Source: Tolypothrix carrinoi HA7290-LM1 (lineage in GTDB: Bacteria > Cyanobacteriota > Cyanobacteriia > Cyanobacteriales > Nostocaceae). Taken from it: 64,000 nucleotides of DNA. Of this stretch, positions 63,607-64,000 are shown one piece after another. Every line of letters starts with the position of its first letter. Position 1 is the first letter of the stretch. Location: positions 52,153 to 116,152 of the forward strand of contig JAHHIK010000008.1 of the NCBI GenBank assembly GCA_019358935.1, in the 5' to 3' direction. A program made the position numbers and the translations under genes. Below the pieces are notes generated by a model. It was given only the letters and a program-made list of their open reading frames with translations. It was not told where the DNA came from and ran no database searches.

Positions 63607-64000
63607 GGTTTGCTTTTGCTTTATGCTTGACAACTTGACGCATCAGACTGTTCTGTGCTTTTTCTAGCAACGAAAAAAGCGAAAATTTTATTGCTTGCTA
63701 GGCGTCAACTTGAAGCTTGACTCGTGTAAGGTAAAGCTGGCAACTTCCGAGTGACATATTCTTGGGTGTTAATTACCCCTATCTTTGGGTAGGTTGAGGA
63801 ATTAGGCTTTCTTACTGGGGGTTAGGGAATAACTGCCGTTTATTTTTGCTGATAAATGGGCTAGAGCCAAGCTTACCGCTACAACTAGAACACAGATTAA
63901 GTACTAATTTATAGAAATAGCCGGAATTATCTTCAGGTGCGTGGTACTATAAAAAAGTAATTAACCAGGCATTTATGACTAGATATGTCACACCGCGAGA

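Overview
Chromosomal segment of a cyanobacterium, most likely a filamentous Nostocales/Stigonematales type. This is inferred from dense HIP1 GCGATCGC sites, many 7-9 bp STRR arrays, apcD, pmgA and cyaC. The backbone is mostly housekeeping: ureD-A-B-C, groES-groEL (CIRCE + K-box), asnS, pmgA, rlmD, apcD, purL-purF, apt, an FHA-PBP1A, lspA, bioY, pstSCAB (Pho box), tRNA-Gly(TCC), cyaC, hisC and two tandem gor paralogues. Layered on it is much selfish or accessory DNA: (i) a family of exactly 45-nt hairpin mini-elements that insert without target duplication into short tandem repeats and into one another at the same internal position, and that are translated inside PurL and CyaC; (ii) a 478-aa LAGLIDADG intein in purL; (iii) a GxxExxY nuclease gene bounded exactly by inverted repeats inside the urease cluster; (iv) a 198-bp insertion with a 6-bp target duplication that disrupts an SMI1/KNR4 gene; (v) two Rpn-like genes with internal RBS-ATG starts; (vi) a SHOCT/XRE/Doc islet; (vii) a coupled radical-SAM plus methyltransferase-like pair; and (viii) a decayed ferredoxin pseudogene. 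No CRISPR array, integrase or transposase is visible. All calls come from reading the sequence only; no database search was run.
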